Positions 17,971 through 27,688 of a stretch of 64,000 nucleotides of DNA are shown in pieces. The stretch is taken from contig CAVWWD010000007.1 of NCBI GenBank assembly GCA_963758635.1, positions 352,001 through 416,000 on the forward strand, read 5' to 3'. The DNA is from an uncultured Candidatus Rokubacteria bacterium (GTDB lineage Bacteria > Methylomirabilota > Methylomirabilia > Rokubacteriales > CSP1-6). The position numbers and the translations under genes were made by a program. Positions within the stretch are counted from its first letter, which is position 1, and every line of letters starts with the position of its first letter. The notes beneath the pieces were generated by a model. The model ran no database searches. It worked only from the letters and a program-made list of their open reading frames with translations, and was not told the DNA's origin.

Positions 17971-19065
17971 CTAGTATCCCGGAGGAGGCGGTACCGGCAT
18001 GTAGACCACGCCGCTACTGCCATACCCTGCCGTGTACCAAGTCGGGCCGCACTTGTAGTAGGGCACGCCGCTCACCGGTATCGGCGCGACGTTGCAGGGC
18101 GGCGCGACGGGCGGGGGTGCCGCGGCGGGTGCCGGCGCGGCGGTAACGACCGTGGTCGTCGGCGCCGGCTGGCTCGCCGCAGCGACGGCGACGCCCGTGA
18201 CCATCGCGCCGGCCACGAATCCCGCGGCGGCCTCGTTGCTGTCCCAATTCGAGCAGTTGGAGCAGCCGCTGCTGGAGTATGAGCTGGAGCTGGAGTATGT
18301 GGAGCTGACGGACTGCTGACGCGTTGCCTGGGCCGACTGCGAGCTGGACTGCATCTGCGTGGCCGTCTGTTCCCGGCTGGCTTGCGCGCCGGTCGCCGTG
18401 GACTGCCGCGCGGCCTGATTCTCGCTCGTGCTTGCCTGGCGCCCGCTCTGATTCTCGCTCGTGGTTGCCTGCCGCTGGCCCTGGGACTCCTGCCGGCCTT
18501 GCTGAGCCGAGGACTGCGCCTCGCTGGCCTGACCCTGGCGCTGGCCCTGGCTGGCAGCAGCCTGTTGCTGTGCGCCGGCAGCGCGTTGACCGCCTCCCTG
18601 CGCGGCGCCACCGCCGGCAGCAGCCTGTTGCTGTGCGCCGGCAGCGCGTTGACCGCCTCCCTGCGCGGCGCCACCGCCGGCAGCAGCCTGTTGCTGTGCG
18701 CCGGCAGCGCGTTGGCCGCCTCCCTGCGCGGCGGCACCGCCGGCAGCAGCCTGTTGCTGTGCGCCGGCAGCGCGTTGGCCGCCTCCCTGCGCGGCGGCGC
18801 CGCCTCCGGCTCGCCCTCCGCCTTGGGAGAACCCCCCGCCGGATGCGGAACCACCGCGCGAGAAGCCGCCCTCACCACCTCCGCCGTGGGCACCGCCCCC
18901 ACCACCTCCGCCGTGAGCGCCGCCCCCACCACCACCGCCGTGAGCGCCGCCCCCACCGCGACCACCGCCGCCACGTTGCGCGAATGCCTCACCAGCCAAG
19001 CTCACCATGAATACCGCCGCCACGACGATCGCCGCCGCACCGCGCCACCATGAAGGGATCTTCAT
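17971..19065 (-). CDS. secreted Gly/Gln/Ser-rich low-complexity protein with Cys-containing C-terminal domain (DUF6515-like)
   Basis: Signal peptide, poly-Gly, 21-aa repeats, C-terminal PPC...GVPYYKCGPTWY...Y..V.PP. Confidence 0.7.
   Translation of the reverse strand: MKIPSWWRGAAAIVVAAVFMVSLAGEAFAQRGGGGRGGGGAHGGGGGGGAHGGGGGGGAHGGGGEGGFSRGGSASGGGFSQGGGRAGGGAAAQGGGQRAAGAQQQAAAGGAAAQGGGQRAAGAQQQAAAGGGAAQGGGQRAAGAQQQAAAGGGAAQGGGQRAAGAQQQAAASQGQRQGQASEAQSSAQQGRQESQGQRQATTSENQSGRQASTSENQAARQSTATGAQASREQTATQMQSSSQSAQATRQQSVSSTYSSSSSYSSSGCSNCSNWDSNEAAAGFVAGAMVTGVAVAAASQPAPTTTVVTAAPAPAAAPPPVAPPCNVAPIPVSGVPYYKCGPTWYTAGYGSSGVVYMPVPPPPGY
18553..18800. repeat. 63-bp tandem repeat, about 4 copies (AAQGGGQRAAGAQQQAAAGG[G/A])
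   Basis: Units start at 18553, 18616, 18679 and 18742. Confidence 0.95.
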
Positions 19066-19937
19066 TACTTGGCTCCTTTGCCCGCGGAAGACTTGCGGGC
19101 GGCCGGAGATACACGCGGAAGCTGAGCCGCAAACGCGACTTTCTGCGCCCCGTCCGGCGGCGTCGCGGAGAATGTCGAGTCCTCGATCGCGGGCGCGAGG
19201 TTCCAGTCGGAGAACTGCGCCCAGAACTGCGGCTCGCCCTTGGCCTTGCCGTAGGTGATCACGACGCGCTGGGGCAGTGGCTGGTCACCGTCGGTCACCC
19301 AGACCTGGAAATCGACGGTGTCGGTGCGCGCGGCGAGGTGATGGGATGGAGCGCCGTGGACGCTGGTTCGCTCGACGTAGTCGATCGACCGCAATCGATC
19401 TCGCATCTCCGCGGGGAACTGGCTGACCAGCATCACCGCGAGCGGCAGACGCATGCCCAGATCCTTCACGAAGTGCACGATGCTGTCGTCGAGGTTGCCG
19501 GGTTGCGGCGCGGTCGCATAGACGTTGCGCGTCGCATCGACGAGCACGATCTCCTTGCCGCTGAACACGGTCAGCGTCTTGACCCCGTCGCTGCGCTCGC
19601 CCTCGAGGCGCAGGCGGTCGGGCCGGCTCAGGATGACTTTGCGGATCTCGGCGAACTCGATCTTCTGTCCGGACGCCTGCACCGCGTCGTACCCGGCACG
19701 CAGGCTGACGCTGAGGCGCTGCGTTCCGCCGACGAACTCGGCCATGCGCATCAGGATGGCGCGCGCCTGGGCTTGCGACTCGGTGACGGCGGGAGCGGTG
19801 GGAGCCCTGGCCACGGGCGCGCTCTTGGTCGGCGCCGCTTGCTGTGCCGGCGCCGGGTCCGCGGCCGCCAAGGCCACCAGGGCCACCACGAGCATGATCC
19901 TCAAGGCGAGGCGACACGTGTCAGGGATTGTACTCAT
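19065..19937 (-). CDS. DUF2092 periplasmic protein
   Basis: GQKIEF, RPDRLR, N.YA...PGNLD, VDFQVW..DG..PLP.R.VITY, PQF. Confidence 0.8.
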   Translation of the reverse strand: MSTIPDTCRLALRIMLVVALVALAAADPAPAQQAAPTKSAPVARAPTAPAVTESQAQARAILMRMAEFVGGTQRLSVSLRAGYDAVQASGQKIEFAEIRKVILSRPDRLRLEGERSDGVKTLTVFSGKEIVLVDATRNVYATAPQPGNLDDSIVHFVKDLGMRLPLAVMLVSQFPAEMRDRLRSIDYVERTSVHGAPSHHLAARTDTVDFQVWVTDGDQPLPQRVVITYGKAKGEPQFWAQFSDWNLAPAIEDSTFSATPPDGAQKVAFAAQLPRVSPAARKSSAGKGAK

Positions 19938-20110
19938 TCGCTTCCCCCTCATCGGGCGCGGCAGGCCCTTATCCATGGTGTAGCACGCGTACCATTCTTC
20001 GGTCGGCTTTGTCTATCGCGACGCCCGTGGCCGGAGTGCTGACCGTCACCCGCCCATGGGACGATCTGCGCCCATCGGGCAGCACGCCCATTGCCACCTT
20101 GACATCCGCT

Positions 20111-21967
20111 TCATTTAGGGCGCTCACCGTCCCGCATCGCTTGGGGCGAGCCGGTCGGCGGGAAGTCCAGAGTGCCGCGCAAGGCGGCGCGACGCTCCGG
20201 GCTGAACTCGGGGAAGGGCAGGGCCTGCTGCGCACGGAGGGCCTCGATCGCGGCGCTGGCCTTCGCGGCGTCCGCCGGCGTGGGGCCGCGGTCGCGTGCG
20301 AGGTAGATTGTCTGGGAAGGGGACGCGAGCCCGGTTCCGGCCTCGACCACGAGGTCGACGATGCGCAGCAGCAGATCCTCCTGGATGCCCAGGAACTCAT
20401 CCCAGTTCCGCGTGGTGACGTACGCTCGGATCTCGATCTGGATCGACGCGCTGGCGAGCTCCACGAACCGGACCCGGACCTCGTCGTCGCCGACGCGGGG
20501 GTGCGCGAGCAGCATCTCGCGCAGCCGGATCAGGACGAGGCGCAGCTGGTCTGGTGTCGTCTCGTCGCGCAGGTCCAGCCGCTTGAGGAACAGCATCCGA
20601 TCCCGCTGGCTGAGATTGATGATTGCCATCTGGGCCAGCTCGGCGTTGGGGATCGTGGTCAATGTCCGATCGGGCCCGCGGATACGGGTCGAGCGGAGGC
20701 CGATGGACTCGATCACGCCCATCTTGTCCCCGTACTGGCACACGTCGCCGACGCGCACCGGCCGGTCCGCGAACAGGTTGAGCGTTCCCAGGAGATTGCC
20801 GAGCGTGCTCTGGGCAGCCAGCGCCACCGCCAGGCCCCCGATGCCGAGTCCTGCCACGATGCCAAAGACGGGCACGCCGAGCTCGCTGGCGCCGTGCGCA
20901 ATCAGGACGGCCGCGGCCACGAGCCCGACGACGCCGGCGCCGAGGCGCAGCAGGTTCGCGTCCAGGCTCTCGTTGGGAATGCGCGGGGAGCTGATGATCC
21001 ACTCGGCGACGAGCATCGCGGCGAGGTACGCGCCCCACGCCGCCGACAGGTACCGGGCGATCGCCAGCGTGTCCTCCAGGACCTCGGCGGCGTCGCCCTG
21101 GAGGTTGATCTGGAATCCGATGAAGAAGCGGAGCCAGAGCGCCAGGAGGAACACGACCAGCGGCACGACGAGGCGACGGAGGTAGGCCACGGAGGGAGAA
21201 ACGTCCTGGCCGCGGGACCGCGTCGAGCGGCGGAGCAGGAGGACCGCAACGACACACAGGAGGGTAAGCAGCAGGGCCGCGACGAGCTTCCACATGGCGG
21301 TGTCCAGAACCGGGCGGCGCGACCACGCGGGCAGCGCCGCCACCAGGCCCCGTGGAATCCACCACCCGGTGGTCTCCAGCGCCATGAGCCGTGGCGAGCC
21401 CAGCGGCATCGGGCGGAGGAACGGCAGGTGCTCCACGGCCGAGTAGAACTCCTCGATTCGCGCGACGGTCTCGGCGCTGAATAGAAACTCGCCGGCCCGA
21501 GGGCCGGTGGCGATCCGGGCGATCGTGATCTCGGTGCCCGGGATCGTCCATCGATCGCGGTGGGTGTCCGGCGTGAACGCCGTCGCGTCCGGCACGTCCT
21601 CGAGCGGCGGGAGCTCCAGGCGCGCGAGCACCTCCCAGAGGAGATAGAGGGCCTGCCCTCCGCGCTGCCGCACCGCCGCCGGAGGCAAGGCGCTCAGATC
21701 CATCACCCTGGCCGCGCGATCGCGGACCCGAAGCAACTGGACGGCGGTATCCCGGCTGGGCGCCGCGCGGTACGCCGTCACCGACTCCTCGAACTCCGGG
21801 ACCACTCCGAGGAAGCTCGCCAGGGTGGCGCGCGGGCTCGACGTGTCGAGCGGGGCCAGCGGGTGACGGCCCGCCGGCGCTCCGGCCCCTTCTACGCCGG
21901 CGGCGCCAACGCCCAGCCCGAGCGCACCGACCAGGACCAGCAACCGACGTAGGCACGTGCTCAGCAT
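20111..21967 (-). CDS. MscS family mechanosensitive channel with periplasmic N-terminal domain
   Basis: DTSSPRATL, GLGIGGLAVALAAQ, DRPVRVGD, ESIGLRSTRIR, IPN. Confidence 0.92.
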   Translation of the reverse strand: MLSTCLRRLLVLVGALGLGVGAAGVEGAGAPAGRHPLAPLDTSSPRATLASFLGVVPEFEESVTAYRAAPSRDTAVQLLRVRDRAARVMDLSALPPAAVRQRGGQALYLLWEVLARLELPPLEDVPDATAFTPDTHRDRWTIPGTEITIARIATGPRAGEFLFSAETVARIEEFYSAVEHLPFLRPMPLGSPRLMALETTGWWIPRGLVAALPAWSRRPVLDTAMWKLVAALLLTLLCVVAVLLLRRSTRSRGQDVSPSVAYLRRLVVPLVVFLLALWLRFFIGFQINLQGDAAEVLEDTLAIARYLSAAWGAYLAAMLVAEWIISSPRIPNESLDANLLRLGAGVVGLVAAAVLIAHGASELGVPVFGIVAGLGIGGLAVALAAQSTLGNLLGTLNLFADRPVRVGDVCQYGDKMGVIESIGLRSTRIRGPDRTLTTIPNAELAQMAIINLSQRDRMLFLKRLDLRDETTPDQLRLVLIRLREMLLAHPRVGDDEVRVRFVELASASIQIEIRAYVTTRNWDEFLGIQEDLLLRIVDLVVEAGTGLASPSQTIYLARDRGPTPADAAKASAAIEALRAQQALPFPEFSPERRAALRGTLDFPPTGSPQAMRDGERPK

Positions 21968-22103
21968 GACGATCCGCTCCTCATGCTCGGGCCGCGCACC
22001 GCCGCGGGGCACCAGACCCGGCCCTCTTCCGGTCGAACATCCCGTGGTTGTTGGCCTTGGCTGTCCAAGAGCTTCTCGTCCCCCAGTACGGCGACGGCGC
22101 CGG

Positions 22104-23168
22104 TCAGTTGGCGGGAATAGTCACTATGGGCAGCTGCTTGCCGCCGGCTTCCAAGGAGTTGAACAGAATCGTGACGGCGGCGAGCGTGGTTTTCGAGGCG
22201 AGGTCTGCCCGGTCAATCCAGAACCACAGGCCTTCGTATGAAACCGCCGCAAAGGTCAGCTCTGGCTTCTTCTTCCCGCTGTGGACGACGAACCCGTGCG
22301 GCACCTGGGAGGTATCCAGGGCAATGGCCGTTCCATCGGTCAAGTGACTCTGCTGAACTCGAACGCCCGCCCCGAGCGTGACCAGAATTTGCAGCAAAGA
22401 ACGCGTCCGGATCCCCACCACCCCGGGGTCTGGCGCGCGCGTGGCAAAGATGACACGTACCCGATCGAGTGCGGCAGGAATGCCCAGCAATCTTCTCAGC
22501 TCGGCCATCTGTTCAGTCGGCCCTGTTGTCGAAGGATCGATTGCATGGAACCGCACCCAGATTTCAGTGTGGTCCGCCTGCTTCAGGATTTCTGCTTCAA
22601 TGGCCCGCGCCTCCTGGAGGGTACGCAGGATCTGGAGCAGTTTCCCGAACTCGGGATCACGCGGTCGCAACCGACCCGCATAAAGACTGTGATTGTGATG
22701 CCCTTCAATCGACTCAGCGGCCAGACCCAGGATGAAGTCGGCGGGTGTTCCGCCCTGGATCGCAAAGATGAGCGCATCGAGCGGCACCGGGCCCATCAGA
22801 TTTCGCGTAAACCTCTCGCCCGTCAGCGGCGAATAGGAGATAGTCGGACGATCCGTGAACCTGCCCGACCCACCAGCGCCCACGAACGTGTCGCCGCGCA
22901 GGGCCTGGGGCGAGAACTGGCCATTGAGACTCACGCCTGCCTCGAGGCTGTAACCGCTGACGACAGACACGACTTCCAGAAAGGCGGGCGCGTCCGCATA
23001 GCGCGACTTCACAATGTTCAACAACAGTTGTTCCTTCCAGGAATCCCCAACCGCGATGGTGTAGTGGAGCCGGTCACGCTTGACGAAGCCCGGCCCGACG
23101 GACGAACAGGCCGAAGCCAAAGGAACCAGTATCGCGAGGAGCAGGATGACGATAGAGTTGGGCATCAT
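22104..23168 (-). CDS. conserved hypothetical lipoprotein
   Basis: Lipobox ASAC; KEQLLLNIVK.RY.D.P.FL, PTISYSPL.G, WFWID..D..SK. Confidence 0.75.
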   Translation of the reverse strand: MMPNSIVILLLAILVPLASACSSVGPGFVKRDRLHYTIAVGDSWKEQLLLNIVKSRYADAPAFLEVVSVVSGYSLEAGVSLNGQFSPQALRGDTFVGAGGSGRFTDRPTISYSPLTGERFTRNLMGPVPLDALIFAIQGGTPADFILGLAAESIEGHHNHSLYAGRLRPRDPEFGKLLQILRTLQEARAIEAEILKQADHTEIWVRFHAIDPSTTGPTEQMAELRRLLGIPAALDRVRVIFATRAPDPGVVGIRTRSLLQILVTLGAGVRVQQSHLTDGTAIALDTSQVPHGFVVHSGKKKPELTFAAVSYEGLWFWIDRADLASKTTLAAVTILFNSLEAGGKQLPIVTIPAN

Positions 23169-23766
23169 GACGCGGCCGACTCCAGGCGACAGTGATTTCC
23201 CCGTGAGCACACCGCTGCGCTGTGGGCGGTACCGACCTGAAGGTCACGCTTCTCCATCAGGAGTTCCTCCGTGGGGTCCTCCGGGTCAAAAACCGTGGCC
23301 GGGTGGATGATACCTCCAAGTCGGGGGGGGCACGAGCGGAGCTGCGGCGGGCGGGGCCCGACGTCACCCCGAGGTGGTCAGTCGGCTTTGCCGGGAACCA
23401 CGCGGACGTCGGCGGTCGCAGCCCGGATTCGGTGACGTTGGGTCCGACGGCGTCCCTCGCGCGAGGAGCAGCTTCACGCACGGCGAAGGCGCGGCGAGCT
23501 CGACTCTCTCGCCGCGGAGCCGGCGCAGCGTCGCGACGCCCACCTCGTCGAGTGAAACGAGCCCGGAGGGATGGCGACGCCGATTCGGGCCAGCGCCCTG
23601 ACGACGTGGCCGTCGTCCAATACGACCAAAGTCCTATCCGGTCGACGACGGTCAAGCGCTAGGATTTCTCGCGTGCCGAGAGGCAGCTTCTCATGGCGGC
23701 TGCAGCGATACCGTCTGCGTTCGTGACTTGCGGTGCCCGCGGACCTGAAAAGGAGGAAGAATCCGT

Positions 23767-24456
23767 ATGAAGGCGTTTCCCGCACTGGCGGCAGTGATGC
23801 TCTTGCTCGGGGTGGGCTGCGCCACGACGGTGCAGCGAACGGTCGAGCGATCGCCGGCCATCTGTGGATTTCTGGGGGCGGAGGTCTGCGAGCAGCTCCA
23901 GCCGGGCGAACGGGAGCAAGCGGGTCTGCGCTACGTGAACCCCAAGGGCATCTTCACCCAGTACGACAAGGTGATGGTCGTCGTGGTTGGCTTCTTCGCA
24001 AGTGATTCGTCCAAGGTGCCTCCCCAGGATGAGCAGCGGCTCACGAACCTTCTCTACAAGAGTCTCCATGAGGCGCTGGTCAAGCGGTATCAGGTGGTGG
24101 ACGAAGCCGGTCCCAAGGTGATGAAGGTCGAGGTTGCGCTCCTCGACGCCGAGGCGGCGACGGCAGGGGCCCGCTCGGTCACGATGGTGGTCCCCCAGCT
24201 GCGTGTGCTCGGCACTGGCTACGCCGCCGTGGCGGGAAGATACCCATTCTCCGGCGAGGCCTCGGCCACCGTCAAGGTTTCGGACTCCATGACGGAGCAG
24301 ATCCTCGGGGCCGGCGCGGATCGCCGGGCCGGGGGTGGATCGGCCTCGGCCGCCGCCCAGTGGCAGTGGGGAGATGCCGAAAACGCGATCAAGCTCTGGG
24401 CCTCGCGGCTCGCCGACGGAATGTATGCATACACCTCGGGCGAGAAGAAGCCGTAG
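23767..24456 (+). CDS. DUF3313-like lipoprotein
   Basis: AGGAGG RBS, lipobox GVGC, GFLG, LRYVNP, Y.KV, DS.T.QILGA..DRR. Confidence 0.7.
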   Translation: MKAFPALAAVMLLLGVGCATTVQRTVERSPAICGFLGAEVCEQLQPGEREQAGLRYVNPKGIFTQYDKVMVVVVGFFASDSSKVPPQDEQRLTNLLYKSLHEALVKRYQVVDEAGPKVMKVEVALLDAEAATAGARSVTMVVPQLRVLGTGYAAVAGRYPFSGEASATVKVSDSMTEQILGAGADRRAGGGSASAAAQWQWGDAENAIKLWASRLADGMYAYTSGEKKP

Positions 24457-24568
24457 CGAAGCGAATGGCACGCCAGTACGGCCGAACGGTTCGCCATCGG
24501 ATTCAAGTGAGACACGCAGGCACGGGATGCGAGATCCCGCGGCGGAAGCGGGGACGAGGAGATCGACG

Positions 24569-25081
24569 ATGCCGCGACTGAAACTGGCAAGGCGGACGGC
24601 GCTGTCGATCATCGTGGCGCTGGCCTGGACGGCCATCGGCGAGGCGCAGCAGATCTTCGTCTATCCCCAGCGTGGGCAGAGCCCGGAGCGGCAGCAGCGC
24701 GACCGTTTCGAATGCCACCAGTGGGCGGTGCAGCAGACGGGCTTCGACCCAAGCAATCCCCAGGTGGCCCAGGCCCCTCCGCCGTCACCGCCCCCGCAGG
24801 GTGCGATGGGCGGGCCCTCGGCGGTGCGGGGCGCGGCGGGTGGTGCTGCCGTCGGCGCCGTGGGCGGCGCAATTGCCGGAAACCCCGGCAAGGGCGCCGC
24901 GGTCGGCGCGGCCACCGGAGGGATGATCGGGGCGATGCGCAAGGCGGACCAGCAGGCCAAGACCCAGCAGCAACAGCAGCAGGCTCAGGCCGCCCAGCAG
25001 CAAGCCATGACGCAGGGGTCCTCGTCCTACAACCGTGCCCTGAGCGCCTGTCTGCAGGGCCGCGGCTACACCGTCCAGTGA
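24569..25081 (+). CDS. secreted glycine-zipper protein
   Basis: VYPQRGQS.E.Q.RD..ECH.WA..QTG, GAAGGAAVGA..GAI.G..GKGAAVGA, ACLQGRGYTV. Confidence 0.8.
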   Translation: MPRLKLARRTALSIIVALAWTAIGEAQQIFVYPQRGQSPERQQRDRFECHQWAVQQTGFDPSNPQVAQAPPPSPPPQGAMGGPSAVRGAAGGAAVGAVGGAIAGNPGKGAAVGAATGGMIGAMRKADQQAKTQQQQQQAQAAQQQAMTQGSSSYNRALSACLQGRGYTVQ

Positions 25082-25090
25082 GGTGAGGCG

Positions 25091-25496
25091 ATGCGCAGAC
25101 TGATCGTGATCGGCCTCGTCGTCGCGGGCAGCGTCGGTCCTTTCGAGGCTGGTGCCGCGGTTCCCGTCGACGGATCGACACCGCTGCTGTGCGCGGTGAC
25201 CGAGGTGCAGGAGTGCGAGCCCGGAGGCGCCTGCCAGCGGCGCACTCCGGAGGCAGTGAATCTCGCGCCGTTCGTCCGGGTCGACGTCAAGGCCAAGCGG
25301 CTCGGTAGCGATCGATGGCAGCCGGACGGCGCCGATCCAGGAGGCGACCCAGGTCGACGGCAAGCTGATCATGCAGGGCGGGCAGGAGGGGCGTAGCTGG
25401 GGCGCCGTGATCCTGGGAGAGACCGGGAGGTTTTCCGCAGGCGTCGTGGACCACGAGGTCGGGTTCCTCATCTTCGGCGTGTGCACGACGCCGTAG
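25091..25496 (+). CDS. secreted Cys-containing hypothetical protein, frameshift near 25310
   Basis: Signal peptide, LLCAV...C...C; continues in another frame as DGSRTAPI...LIMQG...RSW...GFLIFGVCTTP*. Confidence 0.6.
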
Positions 25497-25816
25497 GGTG
25501 GCCACGAGAACGTCGACCCACCCTCTTTCTGCTCGCGGCAGTCACGGGGCATGGCCGGCAGGGTCAGGGTGTGCCGGGGTCATGGCGTGCCGCGCGCGGG
25601 GTCCGCCAACCCCGCCCGTGCCCGATGACTCGGAGCCCGCGCGCGATCACTATGCCCCGCTCGCCTTCGCTCAACGCGAACGGCCGAACGGGCTTTCCCG
25701 GTCCGCTGCCGGGGCTCGCGGAGAGCCGCTGGAGAGCACACTGGACCGGGCGCGACGTCCGCCACCCCAGCGGCGGGGGCGTGGATCGTTCCTATCCGCT
25801 CAGGCCGCCTGGTTCC

Positions 25817-27271
25817 TCATCCTGCCGTCCGCCGAATGCCGATGCGTCGAACGACCAACCGATAGGCGAGAGCGGCGATCCACACGGCTGCGACCAGAAC
25901 CACGACCAAAATGATCAGCCGCGAAAAGGCGAAATCCACGAGTGCGCGCATGTCGGCCACCGTGCGGTGGGCCAGGTCGCTGACCTGGGGCGCGCCCGCG
26001 TTGAGCTGAACCATCAGCAATTCGAGCTGCCTCGCCGTCGCGGCAAATTCGCGCGCGGCGTTCGCGTAGTCGGCGATGTCGAACGGCTTGGCAGGTATGG
26101 CAGGCGCAGTGGACTCCTCCTTGGTCTTGTCGAACCGACCGAACAGCGAATCGATGCCGCGTAAAGTGCCCTGCAGCGAATCGAATGTCGCGGTTCCGGC
26201 TTCGAGTGCGCCTCTGAGCTCGCTGACCAGCGCCAACATCTGCTGCTGCCGCGCCACCATTTCCCGCATGAATTGACTGATCACGGCTTCACGCTCACGA
26301 GCCACCAGGTCTGGAAGTTGCCCAGCGACCCGCATGAATTGACTGATCACGGCTTCACGCTCACGAGCCACCAGGTCCGGAAGTTGCCCAGCGACGTTGC
26401 CCACCGCCTCCGCTGCCAGGCTGACACGATCCACATCCTGCAGCGCGTCTCGTGTCTCAGGCATGCTAGCGATCTGATACGTGAGGCGTTCGACCTGCAT
26501 GTCGAGCAGTCTGGGTGCACGTTGCAGGTAGTAGATCGTGCGCTCGGCGAGATTGCGCGTCTGGGCGATTTCCCGGACGGCCGGATCGAGGTTGCTCAAC
26601 GGGTCGATGCCGACCAGCGAGAACAGGCTACCGCTCGATTTTGACTCGCCAGGTCTCGGGCGACCGACCGCGCGGGCGAAGTCCCTGAAGTAAACGTACG
26701 CCACGGCGCGCACATGGGGATTCTTTAGGCGCCATTCCTCGATCACCTGGCGCAACTGCTGAATCTGCCCTTCGGTCAGGACTTCGGACGCGAGCGCCCA
26801 GGCACCAGGTTCCAGATTGCGGTGCGCATCCCGGAGTGGCGCGGCGCGCTCGCCGTATTTCTCTTGAATCCACGAGTCCTCGATGACCATTCGACTCAAA
26901 GTGGCAAGCACCACCATGTCGAGCGCGTTGGTCACGGAGTTGGGGCCTGTGGCAATCGTATAGGCAGACGTCACCTGAGACAGTCTCCAATTCTGGGCGA
27001 CCAGCCGCTCCGCAGCATCCTGCGTCTCCGTCTGAAAGCGTGTAATCGGTCCGCTGATTCCTTCCGCATATTCGTCGGCAAAACGCATGACCTTGAGCTG
27101 TAGCTCCTGCAGCTTCGTGGCCTCGGCCTCGTCTTCTGCGCCAGTCAGCTTGCTGATCATCGCGCAGCCAGACAATCCCGTGACACTTGCCGCCAAGAGT
27201 AAGCTCGCGACCAGCACGGGCCTCAGACATCGCCGCGCAAGTATCGACACTAGCTTGGGCTCGCACTTCAT
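25817..27271 (-). CDS. hypothetical lipoprotein with coiled-coil region and C-terminal TM anchor
   Basis: Lipobox LSGC, helical body, hydrophobic C-terminus followed by basic residues. Confidence 0.75.
   Translation of the reverse strand: MKCEPKLVSILARRCLRPVLVASLLLAASVTGLSGCAMISKLTGAEDEAEATKLQELQLKVMRFADEYAEGISGPITRFQTETQDAAERLVAQNWRLSQVTSAYTIATGPNSVTNALDMVVLATLSRMVIEDSWIQEKYGERAAPLRDAHRNLEPGAWALASEVLTEGQIQQLRQVIEEWRLKNPHVRAVAYVYFRDFARAVGRPRPGESKSSGSLFSLVGIDPLSNLDPAVREIAQTRNLAERTIYYLQRAPRLLDMQVERLTYQIASMPETRDALQDVDRVSLAAEAVGNVAGQLPDLVAREREAVISQFMRVAGQLPDLVAREREAVISQFMREMVARQQQMLALVSELRGALEAGTATFDSLQGTLRGIDSLFGRFDKTKEESTAPAIPAKPFDIADYANAAREFAATARQLELLMVQLNAGAPQVSDLAHRTVADMRALVDFAFSRLIILVVVLVAAVWIAALAYRLVVRRIGIRRTAG
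26263..26395. repeat. in-frame 66-bp tandem duplication (VAGQLPDLVAREREAVISQFMR x2)
   Basis: Copies start at 26263 and 26329 with one synonymous mismatch. Confidence 0.9.
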
Positions 27272-27455
27272 CCGACTATCCATCCCCGGCTGAAATCGAT
27301 CTCCCCGTGTGCTCTGCCGAGAGTTGTGCATCGCCTCTTGAACAGTCTGTCACGGAAATCATCTGCGCTGATCGCGATCTCAGCGGACAACGTCGGCGCC
27401 ACGCTCGCGACGTTCACGCATGGCGGGGACCGCCCAGTCGAAACAAGACGCGAAT

Positions 27456-27556
27456 TCCTACGACGTTGAACTGCTCGTCAACCTCAAATCGCGAAGACCC
27501 TCGGGCTGACGATCCCGCCGTCGCTCCTGGCGCGGGCGGATCAGGTGATCGAGTAT
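27456..27556 (+). pseudogene. C-terminal scrap of an ABC_sub_bind-type substrate-binding protein
   Basis: Across frames reads PTT.ELLVNLK.AKTLGLTIPPSLLARADQVIE. Confidence 0.7.
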
Positions 27557-27688
27557 GTGTCCGCCTATAGGACCCTTGGGTCCACTCCGAGCCACCCGCG
27601 CTCCCGTTCACGTAGCTACAGTATGGGATACCGGCACTACGATCACTCCCGATATGCGGGCTGACCGAGATCAATTCCACCATTCCTC

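Noticed and set aside
18553..18800. Tandem repeats here and at 55615-55835 considered as CRISPR arrays
   Set aside because: No unique spacers, periods are multiples of 3 inside coding regions, and no cas genes
23210..23700. Intergenic stretch with a protein-like minus-strand scrap (GIIHPATVFDPEDPTEELLMEKRD)
   Set aside because: Could not be assigned to a family or RNA structure; needs BLASTX and Rfam
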